Shown here one piece after another: positions 1 to 12,564 of a stretch of 64,000 nucleotides of DNA. Within the stretch, counting starts at the first letter, position 1. Every line of letters starts with the position of its first letter. Source of the DNA: Octopus vulgaris (lineage: Eukaryota); assembly GCA_951406725.2 (NCBI GenBank), contig OX597815.1, positions 133,920,001 through 133,984,000 of the forward strand. Reading direction: 5' to 3'. Under the pieces are notes generated by a model. It saw only the letters and a program-made list of their open reading frames with translations. It was not told where the DNA came from and made no database searches. The translations under genes and the position numbers were made by a program.

Positions 1-136
1 AACATGACCAACCTGCCAACAATGAGTAGTATTAGTATGAGGTGAATTTTCCAATATTTGTTAACATTATAGACATAAGATATTTAAACTCAACACATTT
101 GTTCTTTGTAAGGCATATTTTACAAATGAAATCTTT

Positions 137-457
137 CATCATCATCATCATCATCGTTTAACGTCCGTTTTCCACGCTAGCACAGGTTGGACGGTTCGAC
201 CGGGGTCTGGGAAGCCAGGGGCTGCACCAGGTTCTGGTCTGATCTGGCAGTGTTTCTACAGCTGGATGCCCTTCCTAACGCCAACCACTCTGCAAGTGTA
301 GTGGGTGCTTTTTACGTGCCACTGGCACAGGTGCCAGAGGAGTATGGCATCAGCCATGATCGGTTGGTGCTTTTAACGTGCCACCAGCACGGAAGCCAGC
401 CAAGGCGGCGCTGGCATCAGCCACGTTCGGATGGTGCTTTTTATATGCCACCAGCAC
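137..457 (-). mobile_element. SINE/LINE 3' portion with RTE-like tail and (ATG)n terminus
   Basis: (TCA)n run then cgtttaacgtccgttttccacgctagc...ctacagctggatgcccttcctaacgccaaccac. Related motif recurs in the window (e.g. 52060-52210, 54970-55130). Confidence 0.7.
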
Positions 458-839
458 AAGCATATATTATTGTTTAACTTTCATGCAGCTTCTGATCAAA
501 TATTATGAATAAATGTGTTCCAGATGCTAGCATGGAGAACGGACGTTAAACGAACGAACGATGTGACTGTTATTTTTTTTATTTATTCAGGTATAGTTTA
601 TTAATGATTACAGATTAATTTCTATGCCCAATTTAATACCACCATCAAGATCTTGCATGTCTTTAGAGGTGGCCACTGTTACAAAAATTTAGGCCTGGTT
701 TCTTGTCTGAAGATACCTTCTCCACTTTCTCTTACCAATCTTAGAACACCTGAAAAAAAAAAAAGCTATGGGTACTACTTTTCCTCCCAACAAAAGAAGC
801 CCAACAAAATCTTGGCATTCTTTTTTTCCATGTATATTG

Positions 840-1051
840 ATTTCAAATTTTTGCACAAGGCCAGCAATTTCAGGTAAGGACATTAGTTAAATGCATCGAC
901 CCCAGTGTTCAACTAGTACTTATTTTATCAACCACAAAAGGATAAAAGGTAAAGTTGACCTTGGCAGAATTTGAACTCAGAACATAAAGACAGATGAAAT
1001 ACTACTCTGCATTTTGCCCAGTGTGTTAATGATTCTGCCAGCTCACCGCCT
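840..1051 (-). mobile_element. tRNA-derived SINE with Meta/MESC-like central domain
   Basis: Minus strand reads ggcggtgagctggcagaatc (A-box-like) ... gagttcaaattc (B-box) ... gataaaataagtactagttgaacactggggtcgat. More than 10 related copies in the window. Confidence 0.8.
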
Positions 1052-3024
1052 TTCCTTGTATATTAACATTTTTTTAAGACGAAAGGGTGTAATTTGATGG
1101 CAATTTGGCAGATTTTCAAGGATTTGAAGCAATGAAGCAGAAACATCCTTACTGGCTTCTCTCTCTCTCTCTCTCAGTTTTTTTTTGTCATATATTGAGC
1201 CATTGTTGAGAAAGTGGAATCACACTAAATTGCTGGACATGCACGAATGATTTCAGTTCTTAGATACTTAATTCTATGTGAATAAATATGGCTGGAAATT
1301 GAAAACTTAATGGTTGTTTATTTCAATGTTAAAAGTTTAAATGAAATAAAGTATGCACACATAATAAATATAGACACACCCATAATATATATACAACTTT
1401 TAGTGAAAAAGAACAATATATATATGTGTATATATATATATATATAGATAGATAGATAGATATTGTGCAATTATAGAAGCCTGTCAACAAAGCAGTTTGA
1501 GTCACACAGGCAGTGTGAGTCAACCACTTTCAGTTATCTTTGAAGATTCTAGTGAAATGGATGGACAAGTTTTTATAATTGCATAAAATATATAAATGAA
1601 CTATTTATTATATTGAGTGATCTTCATCTTAACATATAAAGCTTGCTTGATCACCGTGTGTGTGTGTGTGTGTGTGTGCGAGAGAGAGAGAGAGAGGAAA
1701 AAAAAGTTTCTTGAACCATTATTCAGAATTTTAATTGCTGGTTATTCAAAACAGTTGACAGTTCCCACCGTCAATTGTTTGAAATAATCAGCATGACAAT
1801 ATATAAACAAAAATATTTGTAAATATAGAGTTGTGTTTAAGCATTGAAATTTGATTGATTGCCAGAAGAATTCACCAATTTCAATCTCTTTCTCAACATT
1901 ACAAATGGATGCATTAAAATGCTATCCTTCTCAGAGAGGCAAGCATCACATCGAAGATAAGTGTTCTATAATGGACCAGTTGATTTTATAATTGTTAATG
2001 TTATTGTCCTTTAAACTCCAAATATTTTTTACAGTGTGGTGGTGAGGCATCTTTCTGAGTATCTTAATGTATATATATATCTTGAACATGTTTATTTATT
2101 TTTTTATGGATTTTCAATAAACCCTATTAAAATTGTGTGTGTGTGTGTGTGTGCATGCACAGGTGTGTGTGTGTACCCCTGTCATAACATTATGTGATGT
2201 TCATTTCAAGTCTTCTGTACAAAAGTCATGTTAGGTCATGAGGAAATATTGCCTTGCTTAGACACAGGTGAGGGTTGGCAACAGAAAGGGCATTCAACCA
2301 TAGAAAATGACCCTCAACAAATTTCATCTGACCCATGCAAGTATGGAAAAGTAAATTTTAAACAGTGATGATATATATGATCAGATATTGTAATTATCTA
2401 CATTTTATGTGGGATACATAAGTAAGACAAATTGTCGTAGATCAAATTCATCCTTATTCAGAGTTACTATTCACCTACATGCATTGTAGACCCTTGTCTC
2501 ACTTGGGCATTTCATTTTTGGGATGGCTTATATAGTTGGATGCCCTTCATGTCACCAACTACTTTACAGAATGTACTGAATGCATTTTATCATTGTAGCA
2601 ATGCTAGATAGGTTTGTTTGCTCTTGGTATAACTACAGAGACCTCTCTACACTGTTATTGCTGTTCATTCATTCATCAGCACCAGAGAGATTTCTAGTTC
2701 TTAATGAGACTTACAGAGATTCCTGTTCTTCTCTGCATTGTCTCTGTTCATTTGTGTCTTTCTTTCTCACACAACTGAGTACATCAAAGGAGTAGAATAA
2801 GTTCTTCAGTCATGTTACTGGTACTGTCATGTATTGCTATCTTCCATCACTTAGATGGTATTGTGGTGTTGTTGGGGGAAAGAGGTGGTGATACAGAGAA
2901 CAGTGTGTTAGGAGGTGGGGGGACTTGATAAAAGAGAGGGAGTGATAGAAAAAAGAGAAAGCTCAATAAAAGAGAGTGATAAGAGAGTGTTAGGGTGAAA
3001 AGGGGGATGAGAGGAGTTTGTGTG

Positions 3025-3092
<68 letters not shown>

Positions 3093-3975
3093 CACATATA
3101 TAGTGTTAAATACTTATATGAAATGGTTTATGTCTGATTGTGAGTGTGTGAGAAAAGATAGAAAGAGCAAGACACATTGTATATGTATGTTTGTGTGTTT
3201 TGAGGACAGGGTTTGATTTTGTAAAAGGAAAAAAATTAAAACATAAAAACAACCCTTGAATAACTTGTATATAAATCAATAGGAGGACCCTAGCTTTTAA
3301 TTACTCACATCTGCAGTATCGTATCAGCTTTCAATTTGAAATCCTTTGAAATATTTTTCATGTGTTACTATAAATCTATTAACGAGCAGGTGAGGGTTAG
3401 GTCTGTGTCCTACTTATAGATCAGACCTCTTCGTTAGATATTAGATATTTTCACATGTAGATTCATTCACATTAGGATTAACTTACAGTATTTAACATTG
3501 ATTGATTTTAAATAAATACATAAAAGAAATAAAAAATATTTCTCTCTTTATAAAAAGAAAATGATTTTGTGTGTGTGTGTGTGTGTGCATGCACATCTAT
3601 CCTTGAATGCCCATATAGGTGTCCATATGTGTGTATTATATTGTATCTTGTAAGTCGCATTGAAGTATCAATATTATATTAATTAAAGTGGGGGGAGAAT
3701 GCCCATGACCTTTACAGGCTCTCACAGACTGGTGTTATCACTGTCATCATCATCATCATCATCTTTCATCGTTGGCATCATTATCATCATTGTTTTAATG
3801 ACTGGTTTTCTATGCTATCATTGACTCTTCGTCGTCTTGTTTGTGAAGCCTAGTATCCTAGGATCTAAGCTCACCTCTACCTTACATGTTTATGTATGGT
3901 TATATGCTTGTTTGCTTGCTTCATGCTCTTGCTTGATGAGGCTGGGGTCATCCTAGGTCAGTGGTCCCAGAGACA

Positions 3976-4165
3976 TCATCAGCTGAGCAGGTCGAAAAAT
4001 ACCTTAGGAATGAGAACCCAGGTTCAAAATTTCTCCAAGACACCTGATGAAGGCTGGAGGATATATCAGCTGAAACATTGTGTTAACAACAAACAAGATG
4101 AGGACAAATATTTGTCAAATGTAAATAATGTACATAATTCCTCATCTCTTAAATATAGAACTGTA
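3976..4165 (+). mobile_element. Penelope-like element terminal repeat fragment
   Basis: Contains a CTGATGA-stem-GAAAC minimal hammerhead motif of the kind typical of PLE termini, followed by an A-rich tail. No ORF. Confidence 0.55.
4039..4084 (+). ncRNA. Minimal type I hammerhead ribozyme (degenerate copy)
   Basis: gacac (stem I) CTGATGA a ggctg-gaggatatat-cagct (stem II) GAAA ca TT gtgtt (stem I'). Confidence 0.6.
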
Positions 4166-4425
4166 TTACTTATATATGTGTGTATTTATGTATATATTGT
4201 GTGTGAGTTTGTGTCTCCTTGTCTTAACATCATATAATGGTTGTAAATGAGTATTGGGTCATCCCATAAATAATGTAGTTTTTTCAATTGCATGAACTAA
4301 AAGTCAGAGGGGGTTGGGAAAAACTATCTGCATCAACTTGCTATAAAAGCAGGTAGTAATTTTACCTTATACTTATTCTTTGAAGAGTGGAGTTTGATTT
4401 TAACAGTTATTTTTTCAAAGCTACA

Positions 4426-6550
4426 ATGGAAGTGACAAAGGAGCATATTTGGCATATTTTGCTTTATGAGTTCAATAAAGGCAACAATAGAACGGAAAGT
4501 GCAAGAAATATTAATGCAGTGTCAGCTGTAGTTCCATAAATTTCAAGCCAGAAACTACAGAAACTAGAAGACGAGCTTTGTCCTGGAAGATCTGTAGAGC
4601 TTGACAAGGATGTCTTGCAAACCTTGGTGGAACAAAATCCCATCATAATTGTTGAGGAACTAGCAAAGAAGCTTGGATTTGATCATTCAACCATTCATCG
4701 ACACCTGTGTGCCATCGAAAAAGTCAGAAAATTGGGTCAATGGGTTCCTCACAAACTTTCCGAGTCTAATCAATGCAAAGAGTGAATGTGTGCTCCTCTT
4801 AGTTGTCCCGTCTCATGAATACACCTTTTTTGGACTGAATAGTGACTGGTGACAAGAAATGGGTTCTTTATAAAAATGGCAAGCACCAAAGACAGTAGGT
4901 TGGGAAAGGAGAAACACTGGCACCCTAGGCTAAAGAAGGTCTTCACTCACATAAGGTGTTGTTATCTGGTGAGATATGAAAGGTTTAATCCACTTCGAAC
5001 TTTTAAACCCAAACCAAACGATAACAAAGGAGGGATCTTTTCTGTTTGATGGACGGAATTTTCTAGTTAACTAAAAAATTTGAAATTTCATATACTGGTA
5101 GAATGTGTCAAAAGAAAACATTATTGTAAACAAAATTGAAAACAAAATTGTAATTTGTAACTTAAACGTAGTTTAATTTTACGAATTTTAACCAATGAAA
5201 TCCCAGCATCTTCGAATTTTAACCAATGAAATCCCAGCATTGCTGCGTTATCGATATTGATAAAGAAATATAGCAGATGCACGACACACACACACACACA
5301 CACTCTCTCTCTCAAACACATGCATATACATTTGCACAAGCACATAGTAATTAATATATAAGCGTACACACACATACAAACGGACATATACATACACACA
5401 CATACGCACACAAGCATACATACACGTTCGTGAGTTGCCCCTTGCCGTAACAAATTTACACAAAAGGTAAATAAACCAGAAGGGGGGTGTCAATGTTTCA
5501 TCATTTCGGGGTCGATAAATTAAATACCAATTACACACTGGTGTCGAGGATTTTTTTCCCAATTTATATCACAGTTTCCGACAAGCTGGGGCATCCTTTT
5601 ATGAAAAAATATTTCGCAAATTTTTACAAATGGCGGTGCCCCAGCATGGCCACAGCTCATGAGCTGAAACTAGATAAAATAAAAAATAAAAATAATATGA
5701 CTCACACTCCACGCGCAAACTCTAGACCGATTTAGGCATATTATTGTTTTGTTTTTGTTGTTTCTGGCCCTTCAAGACCATGGGAGAAACCTTTTCGGTA
5801 AAAAAAAATAAAGAAAATATTTTTAAAATATCGTTAATATTTTTATTGGGCGACGAAATTCATCGATTTAAGAGATATAGCTGTTATTTCTAGCACATGT
5901 AGAAGACAGAAGAGAGAGAAAGGATGAATAAGACGTGTGCGTGTGAGTTTTTAGATGCAGCAAATAATTTTAGCTCGAATGCTGTGATTTCATTGGTTAA
6001 AATTCGTAGAATTAAACTACGTTAAAGTTATGAATTACAATTTTGTTTTCAATTTTGTTAACAATAATGTTTTCTTTTGACACATTCTACAAGTATACGA
6101 AGTTTCAAATTGTTTAGTTAACTAGAAAATTCCGTCCATCAAACAGAAAAGATCCCAAAGGAGATCTACTATGAGCAGCTTGAGTAGTTTAAGTCAGCAC
6201 CAGAGGAAAAACGACCATTTTTGGTTTTAAGACGAAAGGTGTTCTTCCATCAGGATAATGGTTGGCCACATACAGCAAGGATGACATTCCAAAGGCTTGA
6301 GCAGTTTGAATGGGAAACGATGCTCCACCCACTATATTAGCCAGACATTGCTCCATCTGATTATCATCTGTTCCGCAGTCTCCAAAATCATTTGGACAGA
6401 AAAAATATGAATTCTCTAGACAAGGTGAGAACAGTGCTGGAGGAGTATTTTTCATCACAGACAAATGAAATTTGGAAGAGGGGCCTTGCAAGTCTACTAG
6501 ATAGATGGAAGAGCATTGTAGAAAATGAAGGAGAGTATATTTTAGATTAA
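4426..6550 (+). pseudogene. Mariner D,D34D transposase pseudogene
   Basis: Hand translation: MEVTKEHIWHILLYEFNKGNN..., GQWVPHKLS, IVTGDKKWVLYKN, FHQDNGWPH, HPLY*PDIAPSDYHLFRSLQNHL, LLDRWKSIVENEGEYILD*. Has frameshifts, stops and a 1.1-kb insertion. Confidence 0.92.
5033..6155. mobile_element. Non-autonomous DNA transposon with ~180-bp TIRs and 8-bp TSD
   Basis: ggatcttttctgtttgatggacggaattttctagttaac... is mirrored by ...gttaactagaaaattccgtccatcaaacagaaaagatcc. caaaggag is duplicated at 5025-5032 and 6156-6163; removing the element restores mariner codons TITKEIYYEQL. Confidence 0.9.
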
Positions 6551-6794
6551 AAGTGAACTTTGTTTATCTTAATTTTGAAAAATAAAATTATTTATGGATG
6601 ACCCAATAGTATTATTTACTTCCAATATTCTACAAAAATATGTCTGGCCATGTGGAAACATTACTTTGCTCAGAAATAGGTGAGGGCTGGTGACAGGAAA
6701 GGCATCTGGTCATAGTAAATCTGCCTCAGTAAACTCCAACCAGCCATGCAAGCAAGGAAAAATGAATGTTAAAATGATGAAGATGATGATGATG

Positions 6795-6844
<50 letters not shown>

Positions 6845-8304
6845 ATGCAATGTAGACTCCAGAATCAGCATTGTAGGTTATTCATATATGTAGCTGGTAA
6901 CTGAATATCAACTGGTACAGTTAGTATGGAATCTTTAGTTTTTCTCACATCATGTAATGACTTTGCTAGTGCTGGTAACATGACAAATGCACCAAGGCAT
7001 ACACAACACCAAAGTTTGCTGAGTTTTCTCTTGTTGAGTGTGTGTGTGTGTGCAAGATGACACAAATGTGAACTATAACAACTCATCTAACTCCAGCCCA
7101 TACGGGGGGGGGGGGCAGGGGATGTAGTTGTATAGGTGGTTGCAGTGATGATGATATACTTCCACTTGTTTATAAGTTCAGCCATTTGGATCTGTTTGTG
7201 GTGGGTGTGTATGCACATGTCCTGTTTTTAATAAATATCTCTCTTAGTCCATCTAAAGTTCATTTTACAAATATGTTTTGTCTGCCACCCCCTCCTCATC
7301 TTCCATGTTTTTGTTGTTTTTTTTTCATTTTTATTGTTTTTATTAGTAACTAACAATGTTGTTATGAACTGAAGTGGATTGTAAAGAATTTCAATGATAG
7401 ATAGACTTTCCCTATTGTTGTTGAAATTTCTCTCTCAATTGCTCATCCTTCCTCCCCACCACCCCCAATTCTTCCCCCATACATTTGAAATAGTTAGGGT
7501 TTGAATTCCCATTTTACAAGTTCTTCCGTTTTCTATTTTTTCCTCTGCTTTTTTTTTCTTTACATTTTCTGTCTGTCTGTCTGTCCCTGTCTCTCTCACC
7601 CTCTCCTACTTTCTCTCTCACCCTCTTTATCTCTTTCATTCTCTTTCCTTCTGTGTATGTTTAATAATTATTAGTTCAAGGATGTTAGATATTTTACTAT
7701 GTGTTTGTGTGTGCGGATATGTGGATGTGCGTGCTTTTAATGTATGTGTATATATTTGTGTGGGTGTGCAGTAATTATTAGCTTAGAGATGTGTGCATGG
7801 CATGTGTGTGAGAGAGAGAGTATGTTTGTCTTTGTATCTCAGTAAGTGGGTGGCCTTGTGCCCACATGTATGTTTTTGTGCATGTATGTGTGCATTTTTG
7901 CATGTGTATGCATGCATGTGTGTATTAGTCTTCTTTCTGTTTTTTGTATGCATGTATACATACTGTTCTTTTATGTGTGTGGTGATTATTAGCTTAGAGG
8001 ATGTTGGATGTTTTAGTATGAATGAATGTGTGTGATATCAGACTTTTGTGTCAAGCACAATTGCTTTTTTAGCAGAGACTCAGTGTTACGGAACACAGCA
8101 AGCTATAGCAAATATTATAGATTGAATAAAAACCTTTAAACAATTTTTCCCTTTTTTTTTCTATTGTTTTTTTTTTTTTTTAAATTAGCTATTGTGGTGG
8201 TGCAGAACTTTTAACTAAACAATTAACAGACATGAAAAGGAAATTATCTTAGTCAGAAGATATATCCTTTTGAAGCAACACCAGCAAAAAAAAATAAATA
8301 AATA

Positions 8305-8350
<46 letters not shown>

Positions 8351-8925
8351 GAAAATGATAATGAAAAATATTTAATTATAATGTTTGAAAATATCCCATT
8401 GAAGGATTAACATGTGGCTAGATAATAGAATTATACCTTTACTTATAGCCTTTACTTCACAAATATATATATATATATATATATACATATATGAACACAT
8501 GCAGGCATGTATATTCATATACATATATATATATAGCATGTCAACTATTGTTGTCATCATTTAACATTTATTTTTCCATACTTGCATGGGTCAGATGGCA
8601 TTTGTTGAGACAGATTTTCTATGGCCAGATGCTCACTTGTTGCCAAACAACATAATAATTCTCATGACCAGAGATATTTTTCACTGAAGACTGGAAATTT
8701 CATGTGATGTCAAGACAAGTGCACATACAAAGACCTATATATTATTTAATGTCTGTTGTCCATACTGGTATGGGTGTACACACACACTCACAATGGGCTT
8801 CTATCAGTTTCCTTCTATGAAATCCACTCACAAGGCTTTTGGTTGACCAAGGGCTATAGTAGAAGACACTTGCCTGACACACAATGAGCTCTTTACACGA
8901 ACTCTCATCATTATTATTAATGTCA

Positions 8926-9290
8926 TTATTACCTCCGCCTTTGCTAAGGCGGAGGTATTACTTTCAGTCATGTTTGCTTGTTTGTCCATGGACAAGATAT
9001 CGCAAGAACCACTGGATGGATTAGGATGAAACTTTCAGGGATGTTTGGCCTTGTGTCTGGTACAAACTGGTTAGATTTTGGGATCAATCTGGTACCAGAC
9101 AAGGAATTTGGATTACTTTTCCTGTTTTTTCATTTAATTTTTGAGAGCAGTCAGGTTCCGTTTTAGTATTCTCATTTGTGAGAGCAGTCAAGCTTATTTC
9201 AGATATTTTCGTTTTAAAAATCATATCTGACTAATCAGTGAGAGGACGTTAGTGTTTTCTTGGCAGAAGTTTGCACTCTCTGAGTGCTCA
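8926..9290 (+). mobile_element. Helentron-associated (DINE-1/HINE-like) non-autonomous element
   Basis: 5' palindrome acctccgcct-ttgcta-aggcggaggt, short tgtttgcttgtttgtcc repeat, ggattaggatgaaactt core, degenerate 3' subTIR ttggcagaagt and 3' hairpin gcactc-tct-gagtgc. Confidence 0.7.
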
Positions 9291-9313
9291 TTATTATTAT
9301 TATTATCATTATT

Positions 9314-9531
9314 AAGGTGGTGAGCAGGCAGAATCATTATCACGCCAGGCAAAATGCTTAGTGGTATTTCGTCTGTCACTACTTTATGAGTTCAAATTCC
9401 ACCGAGGTCGACTTTGCCTTTCATCCTTTTGGGGTCAATAAATTAAATACCAGTTGCATACTGGGGGTTAATATGATCGATTGTCCCCCTCTCCACAAAA
9501 ATTCAGGCCTTGTGCCTACTGTAGAAAGGAA
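9314..9531 (+). mobile_element. Meta/MESC-like tRNA SINE
   Basis: ggtggtgagcaggcagaatc...gagttcaaattccaccgaggtcgactttgcctttcatccttttggggtcaataaa...ggccttgtgcc. Confidence 0.8.
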
Positions 9532-9829
9532 TGTCCACTTTAGCCTTTTATAGAGGATTAGTGGAGGAAAAATGCAACAATGTTCTTGGGGAGACCTTGG
9601 GTGTCGAAAAAGATCAGCTAGTTGCTCTTTTCCAGAGAACTTTCAGGCTGGGATTGATGGATAATTTTCCCCAAAATCTCTGGCCTGGCATTGCTATCAG
9701 GGAGCTTTGCCTGCTTGAGATAAACTTTACAGGCACAGAAGTGCCATCAGCTGAGCATGTCTGATATTTTTCATCATTTGGGACTCTAAAGTCAGTTATT
9801 ATTATTGTTATTGTTGTTATAAGGTGAGC

Positions 9830-10213
9830 TAAGGCAGTGGGTTAGCAGAATCGCTAGCATGCCAGGTAAAATGCTGAGTAGCATTTCATGTGTTTATGTT
9901 CTGAGTTCAAATTCAGTCAGTCAACTTTATCTTTCATTCTTTCGGGGTTGATAAAATAAGTACCAGTTGACACTGGGGTCAATGTAATTGATTTAGCACC
10001 TCACCCAAACTTGCTGGTCTTGTGCTAAAATTTGAAATAATTATTGTAAGGTGAGCGAGCTTAGCTGCATTTCTTCCAGCTTTACATTCTGAGTCAACTT
10101 TGTCTTTTGCTGTCTTGGGGTCAATAAAATAAGTATCAGTTGAGCACTGGAGTCAGTGTAATCAACTTACAAACTTTCCTAAAATTACTGGCTTTGTGCT
10201 AAAATTTAGAAAT
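9830..10213 (+). mobile_element. Two head-to-tail Meta/MESC-like SINE copies
   Basis: Two successive matches to the same family (about 9830-10038 and 10050-10213); the second is internally deleted. Confidence 0.7.
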
Positions 10214-10827
10214 TATTATTATTTTGTGGGCCTACAGTCCCACAAAACAGTTCCATTAATAAAGTTTATTTGTTAAATTTGGAGGAGAAAAAAATTTATC
10301 TTCTACTACCAAGCCAGCATATTCAATTATGAATGATTGAGAGAGAGAGATTAAAATTTCAACTCCAAACGGTTCTTTATCAAAACAAAATTCTTATTAG
10401 ATCATTAGTTATTCATTGAAACTTAAATCAAATTATTTAAATTATTATTAAATTATTTCTTACTCATTAAAATTCTCTTTCAAAGCAGAAGTTACTCATT
10501 GAAACTGTTTAAAAAAAAGTTATTCTTTGAAACTTATCTTTAATATCAAAGTTTCCCAATCAAAATTCTCTTAAATAGAAACTCTTTTTAAAACAAGTTA
10601 TTCATTGAAACACTGAACCAGGTTTTAAAGCAGTGGTTATTCATACAAATTCTTTTTACACAAACATTGTGGCTGTAGGATAAGAGGTTTGCTTCCCAAC
10701 CACATGGTTCCAGGTTCAGCCCCACTGTGTGCACCTTGAGCAAGTGTCTTCTTCTATAACCTCAGGCCAACCAAAGCCTTGTGAACTGCAAGAATCCCAT
10801 TGTGTATATATATATGTATATACACAA

Positions 10828-12107
10828 ATGAGGATCAGCTGAAAAGTTCATAGGTTGACCAAGATGCTCTCCTGGAATGTGACCAAATGAAGTTTACTTT
10901 TCAACATACTCTCCTTGTGGTCTACACACTTGTTCCAACATTGTTGCAGTGCTTGAATCCTATTAATGAAAAGACTTTTGTCTTGTTGGTCAAAAAAAGT
11001 TAACAGCAGATATGACATCATCACCCTGACACTAGTTCCCACTCAAGTGTTTTTCATGTTGGGGGAACAGAGGATAGTCAGATGAGGCCTAATCAGGAGA
11101 ATAAGGAGTGTGATCAATCAGTTCAAAGCCACAGTCACTTACAGCAGCCATTGAAACCAAAGATTTGCATGCTGGAGCATTGTCCTGATGAAACAAGTCC
11201 CTTTTAATCAGTTTTCCTGGGCTTTTGGTCTTGCTAGCCTTTCATAACTGCCTCAGCAAGTTGGCATAGTACTCTCCTTTGATAAAATGGCCCTTTTGAA
11301 GATAGTCAATAAACACAATGCTTTTTGCTTCCTAAAATACTGAGACCGTCACCTTTTCTGCAGATGAAATGACCTTAGCCTTCTTTGGAGCAGGTGAGAA
11401 TAGGTGTTTCCACTGCATGGATTGTCTTCTTGACTCTGGCTCAAAGTGATGAAGCCAACACTCATCCTGACTTAAGAAACATTCAAGAAAACCAGCTAGA
11501 TCTGCCTCAAAAAACATAAGATTTTCCTGTGATGTGATCAGCCTGGTGCGCATTTGATCAGGTGTCAGAAGATGTAGCAGACACCGAGCAGACACCTTCG
11601 TCATGCCAAGTTCATTTTACAAAATATTCTCAACTTTTTCATGTGATATGTTGATAGCATTGGCTTTTTGAATTATAATCAATCTTCTGTCATCCATCAC
11701 CATGTAGTAAACACAATTAATGTTTGGCTCAGTGGTGGCAGTTGCAGGACGTCCAGATGTTGGGTCATAAAACTTCCCCTCTTAAATTCAGCTGCCCACT
11801 TTTGCACTGTTGATAAATCTGGAGTGTCATATACTAATGGAACAACCGTGTCTGCATGAATGTCCTTGGAGGCTCTACCCTTTTTCTGCAGGTACTTGGT
11901 AAGACCACAATGCCAAATTTTGTCCATTTTCAAGAGAAGTCACTACTAGTTACTTTTGAAGTTTTCTTTGAACAGTCAAATGTTAGTTTACCTGAAAGAA
12001 ACAATGCAGTTATTTATAAGAAGAGTTGAAATTAATGCATGCAAGATTTCACAGCTCTGACATCACTCCCTCATAGTCAGCCTATGAACTCTTCAGCTCA
12101 CTGTCGT
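10828..12107 (-). mobile_element. Mariner transposon (irritans/Himar1-like), ~1.28 kb, transposase pseudogene
   Basis: TIRs agctgaaaagttcataggttgac and gtcagcctatgaactcttcagct. ORF pieces MDKIWHCGLTKYLQKKG..STVQKWAAEFKRG, TKVSARCLLHLLT..QDECWLHHFEPESRRQSMQWKH..PKKAKV, HQDNAPA, SPD*ASSDYPLFP, QCWNKCV. Confidence 0.9.
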
Positions 12108-12108
12108 G

Positions 12109-12150
<42 letters not shown>

Positions 12151-12155
<5 letters not shown>

Positions 12156-12531
12156 ATATAAACGGCAGTTTGTCTGTGCGTGTTTCTGTGTGTCTGTTTT
12201 CTCGTACCCTCACTCTGACCATGGCTTTCAACCGATTCTGATGAAACTTGACACACACATAGCCCAATGTCATAATTCAAAACTAACGCAGCGAAAATTT
12301 TGAAAAGTTCCCCCAGTTCTGAAAAAAATCGATAAATTCGACATGGGGTCGAGAATCAGAAACCCAAACCACAGACCGTCTAGGGAACGCAACTCCAACT
12401 TTTTTAACTCTCAAAAAAAATTTACCATTATTTTTTTTCCATTTTTTTGCTATTTTTTGGCTATAACTCTCTAAAAATGCTTTATACTTATTTCCCTTAC
12501 AAACCTGAGCAACGCCGGGCGATACTGCTAG
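12151..12531 (+). mobile_element. Non-autonomous Helitron
   Basis: Begins TC (tctctatataaac), ends cctgagcaacgccggg hairpin + gatactgCTAG, and sits between A and T in a (TA)n tract with no TSD. Confidence 0.82.

Positions 12532-12564
<33 letters not shown>

Larger units (their letters stand above)
4254..6606 (+). mobile_element. Mariner DNA transposon, decayed, interrupted by a long-TIR element
   Basis: TIRs ttgggtcatcccataaataat (4254) and attatttatggatgacccaa (ends 6606), both flanked by TA. Transposase remnants inside. Flanks rejoin into a SINE like the one at 40065-40300. Confidence 0.92.

Noticed and set aside
570-596. Recursive splice site ttattcag|gtatag
   Set aside because: Donor is non-consensus and the pattern is common in AT-rich DNA.
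2035-2041. 7-nt microexon ttttacag|TGTGGTG|gtgagg
   Set aside because: Frame-shifting length and within chance expectation.
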